A DNA stretch of 64,000 bases from Vicugna vicugna (Eukaryota): assembly GCA_013265495.1 (NCBI GenBank), contig MU058384.1, positions 4,389,239 through 4,453,238 on the forward strand, written 5' to 3'. Positions within the stretch are counted from its first letter, which is position 1, and each line of letters starts with the position of its first letter. The notes below the pieces were generated by a model, which saw only the letters and a program-made list of their open reading frames with translations, did not search any database and had not been told where the DNA came from. The position numbers and the translations under genes are program-made. Shown here piece by piece: positions 12,640-24,879 of this stretch.

Positions 12640-13855
12640 AAAATAACATATTATTGTAAAGTGTCACATGCAGAGAAGTGTATAAATATTTATGCACAAT
12701 TTAAAGAATGATAATAGAGGATCCATGTACCCACTGTTAAGCATAAGACATAGAACATCACTGTATCGTATCTTTGAGATCTCCTCTGCTTTTTCCCACA
12801 CTCACATTCCCTTCCATCTATCCAGAGGAAACACCTGTTCTGAAATTTATATTGTAATTATCTTCCTTTTCTTTCTCACTAGACCCATCTTTATAGATAT
12901 CCCCCAAATAATCTGTTATTTCATGTTGTTTAGTTTTGAACTTTATGCCAGTGGAAACGGACAGTTTGGATACTTGTGCTTCTTTCTTCCAAACACATAT
13001 TTCCAAGCTTCCTCCATGGATGCAGCTGTAATTTATTCATTTTTACCGTGATATGTTACTCTCATGTGTGAATATATACTACTGCGACTTATTTATCCTT
13101 TCTGCTTTTGATAAACATTTGGGTTGCTTCCAGGTTTCTGTTTTTGTTTTGTGTAAACAAAACAATTAGCAATGATAAATAAAACATTAGCAATGATAGT
13201 CTTAACATTTTCACATGTGTACTTGTAAAAGTTTCTCTAGGTAATGTCTGGAAGTAAAATTGCTGGCTTGTAAAACAGATTAGTTAATATTTTCTAAGGA
13301 AGCTGAACTAATTAATTTATACACCTACAAGCAGTTGATGAGCCTTTTTGTTTCTCCACAATACTTGACACTATCTGATTTTTAAATTTTTGCTAATTTG
13401 GTAAGTATATAATAATATCTCATGAATTTAACTTTGCATTTCCCGATTTCTGGTAAAACTGAGCATCTTTTCAAAAGTTTATATGGGCCAACTTCTATTT
13501 CCTTTGCTGTGACATGCTTTTTCAATCGTTTTTCCATTTTTCCCCCTATGGAGGAATTAATATTTTTTTCATATTGAGTCTTTCTGCTCAAGAACATGAC
13601 ACACATGCTTTTTTTAAGGCTATAGTTAAAATTATCCAAAACTATTTATTCAATAAATTTTATCTTCTCTGTATAAGTCTTGTACATCTTTTGCAGGATT
13701 GTTCAATGCTTTATACACTTCTACTAAGTGACAAATGTAAATTAAATTAAAATTACCTTATCTATTTGCTTTTTTTTGTGTGTATAGAAATGGAGTTGAT
13801 TTTGTATATTCAAGTTTTTAGCCAGCATATTGTGAATATTCCCTTATTTATTATA
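12640..13855 (-). mobile_element. Old L1 (L1ME-like) 3' end
   Basis: Antisense L1 motifs 'gataaacatttgggttgcttccaggtt', 'tttaactttgcattttcccgatttctggtaaaactgagcatcttttca', 'tatagaaatggagttgattttgtatatt'. Confidence 0.8.
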
Positions 13856-13864
13856 GTAATGAAG

Positions 13865-14345
13865 GAATTCCAGGCCTGAGCATGGCAGAGTAGCTTATAT
13901 TGGACAAAGCCTCCTTCTGCTAATAACTAGAGAAGCCTAGATAAAATAGAAACAAACAGTTGACTGAAGGAACTGTACAACCAGAGCAAGCAGAAAATGG
14001 GAGGAGAATGATCCTTGAAAGAAAGAGGAGCACATATTTCTTTGTGGTGCCAGGGAAGATGCTCAAGTGGAAAGGCACAATTTTACTGGCTTAAGGAAGG
14101 AAGGAAACAAGAGGTCTGTTAGGGCTGCAAGAATAACTGGAGATAGAAGGGAACACCAAAGAAGAAAAAAGCCTTATGGAAGTGACCCTAAAATCTCTGC
14201 ACAAATGCCTCTTAAACTGTTGGCTGACTCCTAAATTAAGCAGGAAGGGTCTCCAAGCATCCTACAGGAAGCAGCCCAAGGCCATCAGCAGGAGTTGGAC
14301 CAGAACTAAGAAAAGATTTCAGCAGAGATTTCCTGGTGCAAGAAG
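13865..14345 (+). mobile_element. Old L1 5'-region fragment
   Basis: 'catggcagagtagcttatattggacaaagcctcc...aataactagagaagcctagataaaata' resembles L1M 5' ends. Confidence 0.5.
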
Positions 14346-16235
14346 TTCACCAAGTATTAGTCTACTTCAGTTATCTTCCTCTCATCTTACCAAGTCATTC
14401 TTCTCTTACCAAGCTTTTCATGAGCTGGGAAGAATAGGTGGGATGGGCAATTAGGAATCATTTTAACTGGTCCAGCTGGGTTACCCTACCAACTGTAATA
14501 TGGAAGTTAAAAATGCACATGGGCTTAAGAGAAATCTCATTAACCACATTTGCAAAATGACATCCTGGGAAAAGCCTAGAGGACTAAAAAGAAAGCTTCA
14601 TTAAAATCTAAGTCAAAATTAGAAATATAAGTATTCATGTTATTGAAAATATTCGTGATTCATTATGTGAGGACACTGGGTGTGTTCATACTGTCCAGTT
14701 TATTCTTACACAGGAAATTTTACATACTCCAGAACTTCAACTCTTTCTTAAACTGAAGATAAAATCCAACAAAAACTAGCAACATAAAGAAGACACCTGG
14801 AACTTCATGCAAGGTTTTATATATAATGTCAATTCTCGGCAGAGGAGACTGGGTGGACGGGAGCTGTAAGTTCTGCTGTGTGTGGTGGGGTGGGTAGTGT
14901 AGCATGATGAACGTTCAGAGGACTGTGAACCAGACTGACCAAGTGTTGGCTAAATATACAACATCAGGACAGACCCAGAGCTTGGAGTTTCTCCAACATT
15001 GTACAATTGTCAACAGTACATCTATCAGCAGACCAGCAGGTAAACATTTTGATGATTGTTTGGTAAAGAATTTTGAAAAGTGTTTTGATAAACTTTAAGA
15101 TATCTTGAAAAAAAATCTAGATTTTTCTCTTACCATTCTATACAAGAAGTTCTCTAAAATGTTTTTTGTTACAGGCTTTTAACTGTGCCCACCTCAGGCC
15201 TTATCATAGACCTTGACTGAGCCTCCACCATGGGCCTGCTCTGCCAGGTCCCCTAACTCATGCTGGTCTGAGCACATTTACTGAATGGTTTACCGCCAAG
15301 CAGCCAGAAAGGGAGGGTTGCACTCTTGAAACAACAGCATCCGATTGAGAAAACAGGGTTGCAGAATTCTGAATGTACAGGATTCCTCTTTATAATCTGA
15401 ACAAAGAGGAGGAACATTATAGGGCTACAGGAGTACAGAGAAGGAGCCTTGCCTTCTGTCCTTGCTCTGCCACTCCTCGAGCAATTCAGCCAAACGACGT
15501 CTGCTAACACCATTCCGAAAAGTGACCAGCGTGCATTCCAGCGGCTTGCCGCACAATCAGTCCTTTCTGTGCACAAAAAGGCCTGGGATTCATGCTGGCT
15601 TTTGCATAGTGCATTGAGCGTCATGTTGGCCCACTCCCCACGCCCTTGCACCCACACTGAGAAAGAAAGAGAAACATGGTAAGACTGTGCTCACTGACGG
15701 TGACAAAGGTCTTCAGGCCCCAGGCTTCCAAGCTGTTTGGCCATGTGCAATCTCAACTTTGATGACATTTGCACATTTGTAATATTTTTATAAAAAATAA
15801 TAATCCAAAAATAAATCAGAGAGGTTTACGAATTCTCTGAAAGAGAAGGAGGCCATGTAATGATTATCAACAAGGGAGACAGTATTGAATGTTGTAAGTT
15901 TTTAGCTAAATTAAAAGATTTTGGAATCTGGTTGGTCTCTTTTCTCACTTCCCTCCTGATCTATTTACTTATCAACTATTAAAAAAAAGTATTCATTGCC
16001 CAAATCCTGTATATATACAAAGACTAAATATCACTTAATAGATTAAAGAATTAGATCAGGTTAAAAAAAATAGGATTCTTTAGCCAGAAAAAAATCCAGT
16101 TATATTTATTAAATAGAACATCCTACTTAGGAAAAACTCTCAAATATGTTAGCAGTACTTTGGTCAGTTTTTCATTTTAGTTATAATTCTTTAAATCAAC
16201 TCTTTGAACTTGTTACATTAACATAACAATGTGAC

Positions 16236-16447
16236 CAAGACTAGCTACATAATTTGCAGACCATACAGCAAAATGAAAATGTAAAGCCACTTTTCATTAA
16301 GGGGCTTCAAGGATTAAGGATTTCAAGATCCTGTAACAAACTGTTAACCCAAGTATGGGCCCTTCTGAGCACTAAATCCTTCTAAGTTTTCAACCAAGAA
16401 TGCGGCCTGTGCAACTACACAGGTTGTGTATCAGTGATCCAGCCCTG
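16236..16447 (-). mobile_element. MER45A-like hAT-Tip100 element
   Basis: 'ctagctacataatttgcag...gcaaaatgaaaatg...gggcccttctgagc...cctgtgcaactacacaggt...ccagccctg'; degenerate 8-bp TSD aatgtgac (16228-16235) / attgggac (16448-16455). Confidence 0.8.
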
Positions 16448-16700
16448 ATTGGGACTTGCAGGAAGGTAAAAATTTTATAACCCAGATTTACAAAGGATAA
16501 ATAAATTTTGCATCTGCAGAAGGGAAACTAACTCTTAATGAACAGTAGTAGGTCATATACTGCATTACTCATGTAGGATGAATAGGAACAGCCAACGCTG
16601 ATCTCAGGTGTATGCAGACCTCTTCAGAGACCAGGAAGGACAGAGAAGTTAAAAACTGCCTCCAAGTTGTGGTGATGCTGTGATTCAAAGTAATACTATG

Positions 16701-17110
16701 AAGCCAGAAAGAGAAAGAAGAATACCATATGCTATCACTCATATGTGGAACTTAAAAAAAGAAAAAAAAAAGAGGATACTAATGAATTTATCTACAAAAC
16801 AGAAACAGATTCATAGATAAAGTAAAAAGTCTTATGGTAACTGGTGGGGAAAGGGGGTAGGAAGAGATAAATTTGGGAGTTTGAGATTTGCAAATAGTAA
16901 CTACTATATATAAAATAGATAAAAACAAATTTCTTCTGTATAGCACAGGCAAATATATTCAATATACTGTAAATAACCTTTAATGAAAAAGAATATGAAA
17001 ATGAATATATGTATGTATATGTATGACTGGGACATTGTGCTGTACACCAGAAACAGATACATTGTAACTTGACTATACTTCAATTAAAAAAAAATTACAA
17101 GCAAAAAAAA
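16701..17110 (+). mobile_element. Young camelid-type 5'-truncated L1 (3'UTR plus polyA)
   Basis: Perfect 14-bp TSD AAAGTAATACTATG (16687-16700, 17111-17124); polyA tail; tail 'gactgggacattgtgctgtacaccagaaa...ctatacttcaatt'. Confidence 0.92.
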
Positions 17111-18399
17111 AAAGTAATACTATGTCCCTATACATGTCAAAGTCACTTTACATCATAGTATTTGATGTAATATTACACTATAGCTAATATCATTTAGTTG
17201 GAAGACCATGACATGGTTGTAAACACCACTTATTGAGACCATTCTGGGTGAAAGTTGGCTAGAAATGTTAATTTCTTATCAGAATGTCCATTCAAACACA
17301 GAGAAAGTATTGGTTGAGGTGACTTGGTGTCTACAAGCATCTCTGGGTTTTCAAGACTTGTGGTGGCCTAGAAGATGACATTTGCAAAATCAAGTATACA
17401 AGGGATGTGGACTATGTGTTAGGGAGAGAGGTTCGCCTGGAGATCCTCACTCTCAATATGTACAACCCAGCCTCGCCACCAACAAATGAACAGCTGTCAT
17501 GAGGCTAGTAGACAGTGCTTTGGGGTCTCAGGAACATTTGTTTCCATTTCCAGGTGGAGATATTTACTTATTCTAACTCACCACAAGATCAGGTGCTTGC
17601 TCCACTTTGCAATAATTTGGCCTTTGGCAAAGCAAATATTCTTGGCCTTAAAAGCCTTGAAAAAGTCCAGTTTAAACATACAATTTCTTGCCCATTCCCT
17701 GTGGTATTTAAATATAAATAAGACATTTGGTGTGATGTGAACAAACTCTGAAAGGAGGACAATATTTAAACCCAAACTGCCTTTTATTTAGTGCGTAATA
17801 TTTTTGAGGAAAAGTGTTCTATTCAAATGAAGAGAGGAAAAAATAGAATAAATTTACACTACATTTTGATTTTGAAAAACTTAAAGTACTTTCTTAAATA
17901 TTTCTCATATATCTCACTTTTTAATATTTATACAGTGGTTTTTCTAGGACCTCATATACTGGATGCCAATTTTCATTTGTGCACATACTCGTGAAAAACT
18001 GAAATTACACTCAAAAATATCTATTAATTCGCCTAAAAATGCCAGAGCTTATATATAAAACTCTGAATTCACTTATAATTGCCTTAAAAGGGAATTTAAT
18101 GTTTTGATGCCATTTTAGATTAAATATGTACTATTAACTGAAAATACATTAAAATCTGGCCATGGACCACTTGGACCTAGACTTGTATACAGTCTTCCCA
18201 ATACTGTTTGGGCCATGTAGACTGCAGTAGAGTATAACAACAAACATTCTCAAATACAGAAATTCCTTTTGGTATCATCACCTCCAAAAAAACTCCAGGA
18301 CCTTCCCAAATACATGAGGCATTAGTGCAGGCCCCCTGCTCCAGCTGAGACAATGAACAGTATTTTGTTTACTCCTGCCTATGGATACAGCCTGTGCAG

Positions 18400-18610
18400 G
18401 AAGAAGTGCAGGTAGTGAAAATGCAGACTTGGGTTAAAATTCAAGCCTTCATCAGCTATATGATCATTGGCAAGTGGCAACCTCCCTAAACTCAGTTTCT
18501 TTTTCAATAAAATGTCACTGACACAGCTTTGCTCATCCAGCTTTTGCATAAATTAAACAGATATGAGTTGTCCAGCACAGTTTGGTCCAGTGTAAGTGCA
18601 AGCAAATCTA
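18400..18610 (+). mobile_element. MIR SINE
   Basis: 'cagacttgggttaaaattcaagcc...ttggcaagtggcaacctccctaaactcagtttc'. Confidence 0.65.
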
Positions 18611-18750
18611 AATTCCCTTCCCTATCTATTCACTTTGTTTCTATGTCTCTATTCCACATTACCTAGTAACTGCCTATAATCAGAATTTAGAATGGTTTGG
18701 TACCATGTAAATGCTTTCTGAATGGAAAAATAAACAAATTACTGTCTGGA

Positions 18751-18950
18751 CAGCATAGTGGTTAGATTTTAAAGCCATGCTGCCTAGTTTGGAATGCTCA
18801 GCTGTGTGACTTTGGGCAAATTACCTAACTTCTCAGATCCTTAGTTTCCTAATCAGTAAAATCAGGAGGATAACAACACTAACCTTATGGTTGCTGTGAG
18901 GATTGAGCCAGGCTGTGCCTATCAGATATTCAGAGCTATGTGATTAGTAA
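18751..18950 (+). mobile_element. MIR SINE
   Basis: 'cagctgtgtgactttgggcaaattacctaacttctc...cttagtttcctaatcagtaaaat...gttgctgtgaggattgag'. Confidence 0.8.
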
Positions 18951-18964
18951 CTACTCTTTTTCTT

Positions 18965-19002
18965 TTTTTTTTTTAACATTTTTTATTGATTTATAATCAT
19001 TT
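18965..19002 (-). mobile_element. Ultra-short camelid L1 3'-end stub
   Basis: polyT + 'aacattttttattgatttataatcattt' (antisense camelid L1 terminus) flanked by 11-bp TSD CTCTTTTTCTT (18954-18964, 19003-19013). Confidence 0.8.
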
Positions 19003-19404
19003 CTCTTTTTCTTATATTTATACTATGTAGAATGCAATTACCAAATCTATTTGACTTTATTGTGTAAAGCTGAGCTGGGGACAAAACACAAATTATATTT
19101 TCTTGCCAAGAAAGTCCTTTAAAATATTTCCGAGGGCTAAGCCATAAACCCAAGGTGGATAATAACATCAATAGCAGGACTGGAGATCAAATCTGGAATC
19201 ACAACGAGAGTAACTAGATGTGTTTTTCCAGTTGTTCATCTAATGATTATTTATCAGCCTTCTGCACTGAAATTAGGAGGAGGCCATGGTAAGAGGAATA
19301 TTACTTAGAGAATGTTCGAGAATCTCAAATATCCTGTGTTTCACATAACTGTCCTGTTTCACTTGATGTATAAAAAGGAGACCTTGCTTTATTTTCCACA
19401 TTAT

Positions 19405-19735
19405 GTCTACTGCTGACTCAGGGCACAAAGAAGAACAAATTGTGTAATTTGAGTTGAGAGAAATCATTTTTGCAGTTGTTCTTTAAAAAAAAAAAAAAAG
19501 GAAAAAAAAACCCTCACATAATGAGCCAAAACTTGTCTAGAGATCTGTGTGCTCCGCTTCCATTGACGTCACTTGGAGGTTGTGTGGGCAGAAATTGGCT
19601 GACTTCCTCCAGCATGTCTTTTGAAAACTGAGCATACTGAAAAAAATGCACCCTTTTCATCTCAAACTACAGTGGGGAGAGGCGCATCATAAGCAATTTT
19701 CCTGTTTACATCTAAACAAACACCTATAAAGCTCT
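19405..19735. promoter_or_regulatory. Candidate enhancer (MARE/AP-1, CRE, forkhead sites)
   Basis: TGCTGACTCA 19411-19420; TGACGTCA 19564-19571; TGTTTAC 19703-19709; TAAACAAACA 19713-19722; TATAAA 19725-19730; no repeat recognised. Confidence 0.5.
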
Positions 19736-19811
19736 GACAGACATCCACAGAGAAAAGAAACCTTCTTAGTGTCCAGCAAAGGAAACAACATCCTATCTGT
19801 AAAGAGAACTG

Positions 19812-19975
19812 CAGGCTGTTACAGCTGAAACATCTTTACAGATGATCTTGTTCAATTTCTCCATTTTTCACATATGGAAACTGAAGCTCAGAGAGATTCA
19901 GAAACGTTTCTGAGGTCAGACAGGGTCCAAGGCAGGATTAGAACCCAGGCATTCTGCTTTCTAGTTCCTTGTACA
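19812..19975 (-). mobile_element. MIR SINE
   Basis: 'catatggaaactgaagctcagagaga...ggcaggattagaacccaggcattctgctttctag'. Confidence 0.75.
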
Positions 19976-20999
19976 GTTCATGGCAATTGGACATATAATA
20001 ATCAACGTTTCTCCACATTTATCTCTAATTATATAAATCCCAAGCACTGAAGTGACTGTCCTTGGAAACTAGGGGCTTTGTGTACTGCAAAAGTTACCAA
20101 CTGCTGAGATATGACAAAGTGAGCTTGGTCCGTAGGATTTGGAGATTGTGGAGACAATTAGGGGCTTCTGGGTACAGCTGCTCCCTGGAGATTGTGCTGC
20201 AGGGTCTAAAGGAGCTTGAGCCTTCCACCTTGACCCTTCTCCGTGCCATGTGCCCTGCCTCCCACGGCTCAGAGAGGCTACCTTGTGCGAACAGGAGGAG
20301 CAGGGTAGCCCCAGCTTCACCTCAGCTCCCCACCTCTTTTAGGTTTATTCTTCCAAAGTTATGGTCTCTACACATTCATTGAAAAATATTTACTGAACAT
20401 CCACTATGAACCTGGCTGTGAACTTCCAGCCATTGAAAATACATGCAAAGTTTAAAGAATCACTTAATAAAGATGCATAATTCCTACTTCTCTCACCAAA
20501 TAAAGATCCCAAATAAATCACAGTGAGCTTCAGCAATCATCCTCAAAGACACAGGAGAATATACAGATTTATTTTGCTCCTGAGTATAGATTATCACCTA
20601 TTATTTAAGTAGCCTTGTGCATTTAAATCCATAATTTGCTCATTGCCTTTACCTTCATTTTGCTTCTTCCTAAAGAGAAACATTCTTCACCGGTAGTAGA
20701 TTACCTCCTCTGCAGCCATTTGATTTGAAGACCCCCAGCAGTGGTTGCCACTTTAGTTTCTTTGGTAAATGTCTGTGATGGTCAAATTCCTAGCAGTCCT
20801 GTAAGTGCTGGTTTAACATTTTATCTTCCCCACTACAGCCATTGATGCTGCATGTAGCATCCAAAAATCTCTGGTAAAAAGGCTTGGTAAGGCTTTAGAA
20901 GGGCCAAGGACATTCAGGTTCATGGTCAAACATCAGATATTGAGAATAAAAGCTATGGCGTCAATCTAAGGTAAGATCTAGTTGAATATTACCGGAGCT

Positions 21000-23050
21000 A
21001 AGAAGACCTGCCACTGATCATCAACACTGAAATAACTGAGAGAAGCTCCAAGGTCAATCAAATATTCTATCAACTGGAAAAACTGAGTATGGAAGGCTAT
21101 TCTATATACGAGGATTTTGAAAAAAATTACAGAATAAGAAAATTATCTAAAGATACATAGGAAGAAATAATTATTATTACAGCTAAGAAAAAAAGATTTA
21201 AGAATTTGGCTTCTAAAACAGGCAGCAAGTAGACATGCCTTCCATGAAACGGGAGCAGAAGGACATAAGGAGACAGTAAAGGCAAACAAATCAGGATGAA
21301 AGCCAAAAACAACAAGCTGATTTAAAGACAATTGGGTGAATAGGGTAGAACTGAAAGAAAACTGTAAGTGCGATGGCTATATCTGAATTATCATTGAGAA
21401 GAATAAAGATCGGAATTAATACTGCATAAAATTGAATCACAGCCAGGATAAACAGGAAACTCCTTAAGAATATACCTTTAAAAAAACAAAACAAATATAA
21501 AGACTGCTAAAAACAGCGATGGCTAGTATGATAGCTATGGAGGACAATATATTAAAAATCCAAACTAAAGTTTACTGATGTTCCTAAAGAGGAAATAAAG
21601 TGAAGTAATAAAGACATAGCTAAAAGAATATTTTTTGTGTGCTGAAAAGAGCCATATACTCAGATTGAATAAGCTCACTACACCCTAAGAAGTAAATCAA
21701 AAAAATAAGAAAAAGAAGTGTTCATGCTAACAAACCATGTGGCAGAGGTTTCTCCCTTGTTAAAAAATAAAAAAATATTTTTATAAAAACCAGGAGACAT
21801 GAGGAAAAAGTTAGCTACAAAGGAATGATCTTAGACTAACTTTAGACAGCTTGTGGACAACATCAAATTCTTGAAGTCAAATAGGAAACAGTTAGAATTA
21901 GAGTTTTAAAAGGGTGTTAACAAAGAATTGTATATAACATTAACTTCCAGAAGTCATGTAAGGAAATAACTAAGAGTTTTGAGATGAAATGCATGTTAAT
22001 ACAGAATCATGGACAGATAGCTGTCGTCCACGGACATATGTGAAAACAACTGAAGGACTTTGTGGTATGTGCAACAGTTTTGAAAATATATTGCCTGTGG
22101 ATATTTCTTTAACATTTTGCAAAAGGTCTTTATTGAAAATGAAAGTGAGAGGAATAAAAGACTACTATAAACATAACTGAGTCCAAAAAGGAATGGTTAT
22201 ATCCTTATTCTTATTTATTAAGAACATTCTTATTTCATAAATATGTGTTACTATTCATAATATAGAAAGAGTATTTGTAAATCAATATAAAAATATAAAT
22301 ATCCCAGTGGAAAACAGGCAAAGGATATTAACAGGCAATACGGACAAAAACACATGCACTTTTTAAATAAGCCATTTTAGAATATGTTTACACCTCTAAG
22401 TATATCAAAGCAAAACTAATAAAAGAAAAACTATTAAATATTAGTTTTTAACTTACTCAATTGCAAGGTAGATTATATACACGTGCGCACGCACACACAC
22501 ACACATATATATATATATGATTCTAGAAAGGGTACAGGGAAAATGGGATTCTTAATTACTAAGTTGCAGAACTCTTCTGAAATATAATTTGGCAGTACAT
22601 GTCAAAAATCTTGAAAATGTTTATAACATTTGTCATCAGAGTTTTACTTCTAGAATTTTTTCCCTAGGAAATAATTATAATTTACTCCTAAATATAACTA
22701 TAATAATATTAATCCTTGGGTTTTTTTTATAATGAAGCATAAACAAACTAAATGTCCAATAATAGATACTTAAATAAATTTTGTATACAAATTTCTGGCC
22801 ATGACAAATGATGTTTTGAAGGAATTTCTGATCCACATAGAAGACTGGCTAAGTTTTCTCTCCCTTTTCTTCAAAAGCATGATTTCAATTTTGTGAAAAT
22901 GTTATTCTCTCTTGCTTGTCAAAATGGCCAAAATTCATCTGTACTTTATGGATGGCAGAATTGTGAGAGATATTAATTATATGCTATGTGCTCAGTACTT
23001 TCTAAGTTTTCTACAATAATATAGACAACTGCATTCTTTAAGATCAGGAA
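21000..23050 (+). mobile_element. HAL1/L1 ORF1-like remnant followed by old L1ME 3' region
   Basis: A-rich; 'ctcagattgaataagctcacta' (ORF1-like), then 'ccagtggaaaacaggcaaaggatattaacaggcaat', 'aatttggcagtacatgtcaaaa', 'aactaaatgtccaataatag'. Confidence 0.6.
22474..22519. repeat. Compound (TA)/(CG)/(CA)/(TA) microsatellite
   Basis: 46 bp of uninterrupted purine-pyrimidine alternation. Confidence 0.9.
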
Positions 23051-23320
23051 AACAGAATTTTAAATAAAATACCCCTTATCACCAGAGGGCATGATTATAG
23101 GTCATTATTGTTTTATATTCTATAATGTTATCTATTTTCCAATATTTTAACAGTTAACTTTTATAAGAAGAAAAATAAAGTTTGTGTTTTTTCCCAAAGA
23201 GTTTAGTTAGGAGACCAAATATGTGTCTATTAATTCATCAAATAATTATTGAAATATGTGATAAATTTCTGCAGGAGTTTATGTATTTATTGGTAAACAA
23301 TGAAAACTACAAACTATAAG

Positions 23321-23900
23321 TGTGAGTTGCCTATCCAGTACATACTGCCTTTTTCTCCTTGTAAACTCAATGCCAGTTCTGATCTGGCAATGTGTCCTGC
23401 CACAGTAGGACAGACATGCTTTTAAAAACATTTATTATTATTATATTTATTATTATTATTATTTTATTTATTTTTGACATTGATTTATAACAGTATGTAA
23501 GTTTCACGTGTACAACGAACTAAACTTTTAGGGGACATATGCTTTTAAAACCCTCTTCCACCTAGAAGTGACTGCCAATAGTTTTAATCAATAAAATGTA
23601 AGAAACCTGTAAAGGCTTTTACTTTACAGGATACAAGCAGCAAGCATGGTTTTTAAAGTGTCCCTCTCTTCCTCATGCCTTAAATCTGGATGTCATGTCT
23701 GGAACAGCAGCAGCAATCCTGCAATCATTGTAGGGAAGAAGCCTGAGGAAAAGACCAAGAGCTGGCCCTGACTCGGTTCAGCTATTCAGTCAAGGGGGAT
23801 GGCCACTTCAGAATTTTGTGAGGAATAAATTCTCGTACGTTTAAACCACTGTAAACCAGGTTTCCTATTGTTTCTAGACAAACGAATACTGATAAGCCAT
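23321..23900 (+). mobile_element. MLT1-family (ERVL-MaLR) solo LTR
   Basis: 'ctggatgtcatgtctggaacagcagcagcaatcctgcaatcat', 'aataaattctcgtacgtttaaaccactgtaaaccaggtttcctattg'. Confidence 0.75.
23430..23520 (-). mobile_element. Short L1 3'-end stub inside the MLT1 LTR
   Basis: (TTA)n-like tail + 'tgatttataacagtatgtaagtttcacgtgtacaac'; flanking duplicated ATGCTTTTAAAA. Confidence 0.6.
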
Positions 23901-24414
23901 AGTGTTGACTGGTTTCTGATTTCGTTTTAGTTGCTAGGAAGCACTGCTAAATCAAGTGTCCAAATAGAAGTAGTTCAAGTGTCACTTTTCTCTTGCCTTT
24001 ATGTTGTCTCAGTTCAATATTTATTCTTAATTGCCTAGGTTGATATTGCTTAATTTTGTTAGATTTATAAATCCTTTGGCAAGTTAGTGAGATCCTCATA
24101 CTAAATAAACGTGCACTTTTCTCTGTTGCCATCTGTCCCTCACTGCCTTTCTCTTCTGCAGAGTTCATGGCCATGGGTGTATTCAACACTGATTTGAAAA
24201 TAGGGCCATTCATTCTGTTGCCTTCAGCCAGCAAGAAGCTTTGAAAGAGAACAATATAAAAGTAGAAGACACTGTTCCTATTCTTACGAAACATGAAATC
24301 AAGTTGGGAAGATTAAAACACATATTTTTTTTGTCTCTGTTTCTTTGTGTCTCTGTCTCTTTCTCTTTCTTCCACAAACACACCCCAGTGGGAAAGTACT
24401 TTAAGATTTCAAAT

Positions 24415-24820
24415 AAGTTGCATTCAACAAGCACTCTCAGAGTCTCTGCCTGTGCCACGCCCTGTGCTGGGTTTTGGAAATGTGAAGGTGAGAAAGACCT
24501 TCCTACCTTCTGAGGCTTAGGGAACACACCTAAGAGGATCACTGTGACAGCAACCTATTTTGAGTTCTCAGGTGGGGATGGGTATAGGTTGCTGCGTATG
24601 TGAGGGAGGTACCAGGAAGTTCTTCTTGAGGGAACCCACATCTAGAAAGATGAGGGGTGCTAAACTACATTGGAGATAGTATTTCAAGCAGAGGAAAGAG
24701 CATGAATACACGATGAAGAGGAGGGAGCTGGTGGACCACAAGTATTTAACTATTGCCGTAGCTTTAAGTGGAAGGCAGGGAGGGTCAGAGATGGAGCTGG
24801 AATGCAGCCAGCAGCAAGAT
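24415..24820 (-). mobile_element. L2 fragment
   Basis: 'cattcaacaagcactctcagagtctctgcctgtgccacgccctgtgctggg', 'atttcaagcagaggaaagagcatg'. Confidence 0.65.
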
Positions 24821-24879
24821 TATGGGGGTGGGAGGGTGGGGGGTGGGAAGCACACTGAGGAACTGTTGAATGGTATGAG

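Noticed and set aside
24228..24302. Coding-looking stretch QQEALKENNIKVEDTVPILTKHEIK after a + strand acceptor
   Set aside because: No convincing donor and no recognisable homologue
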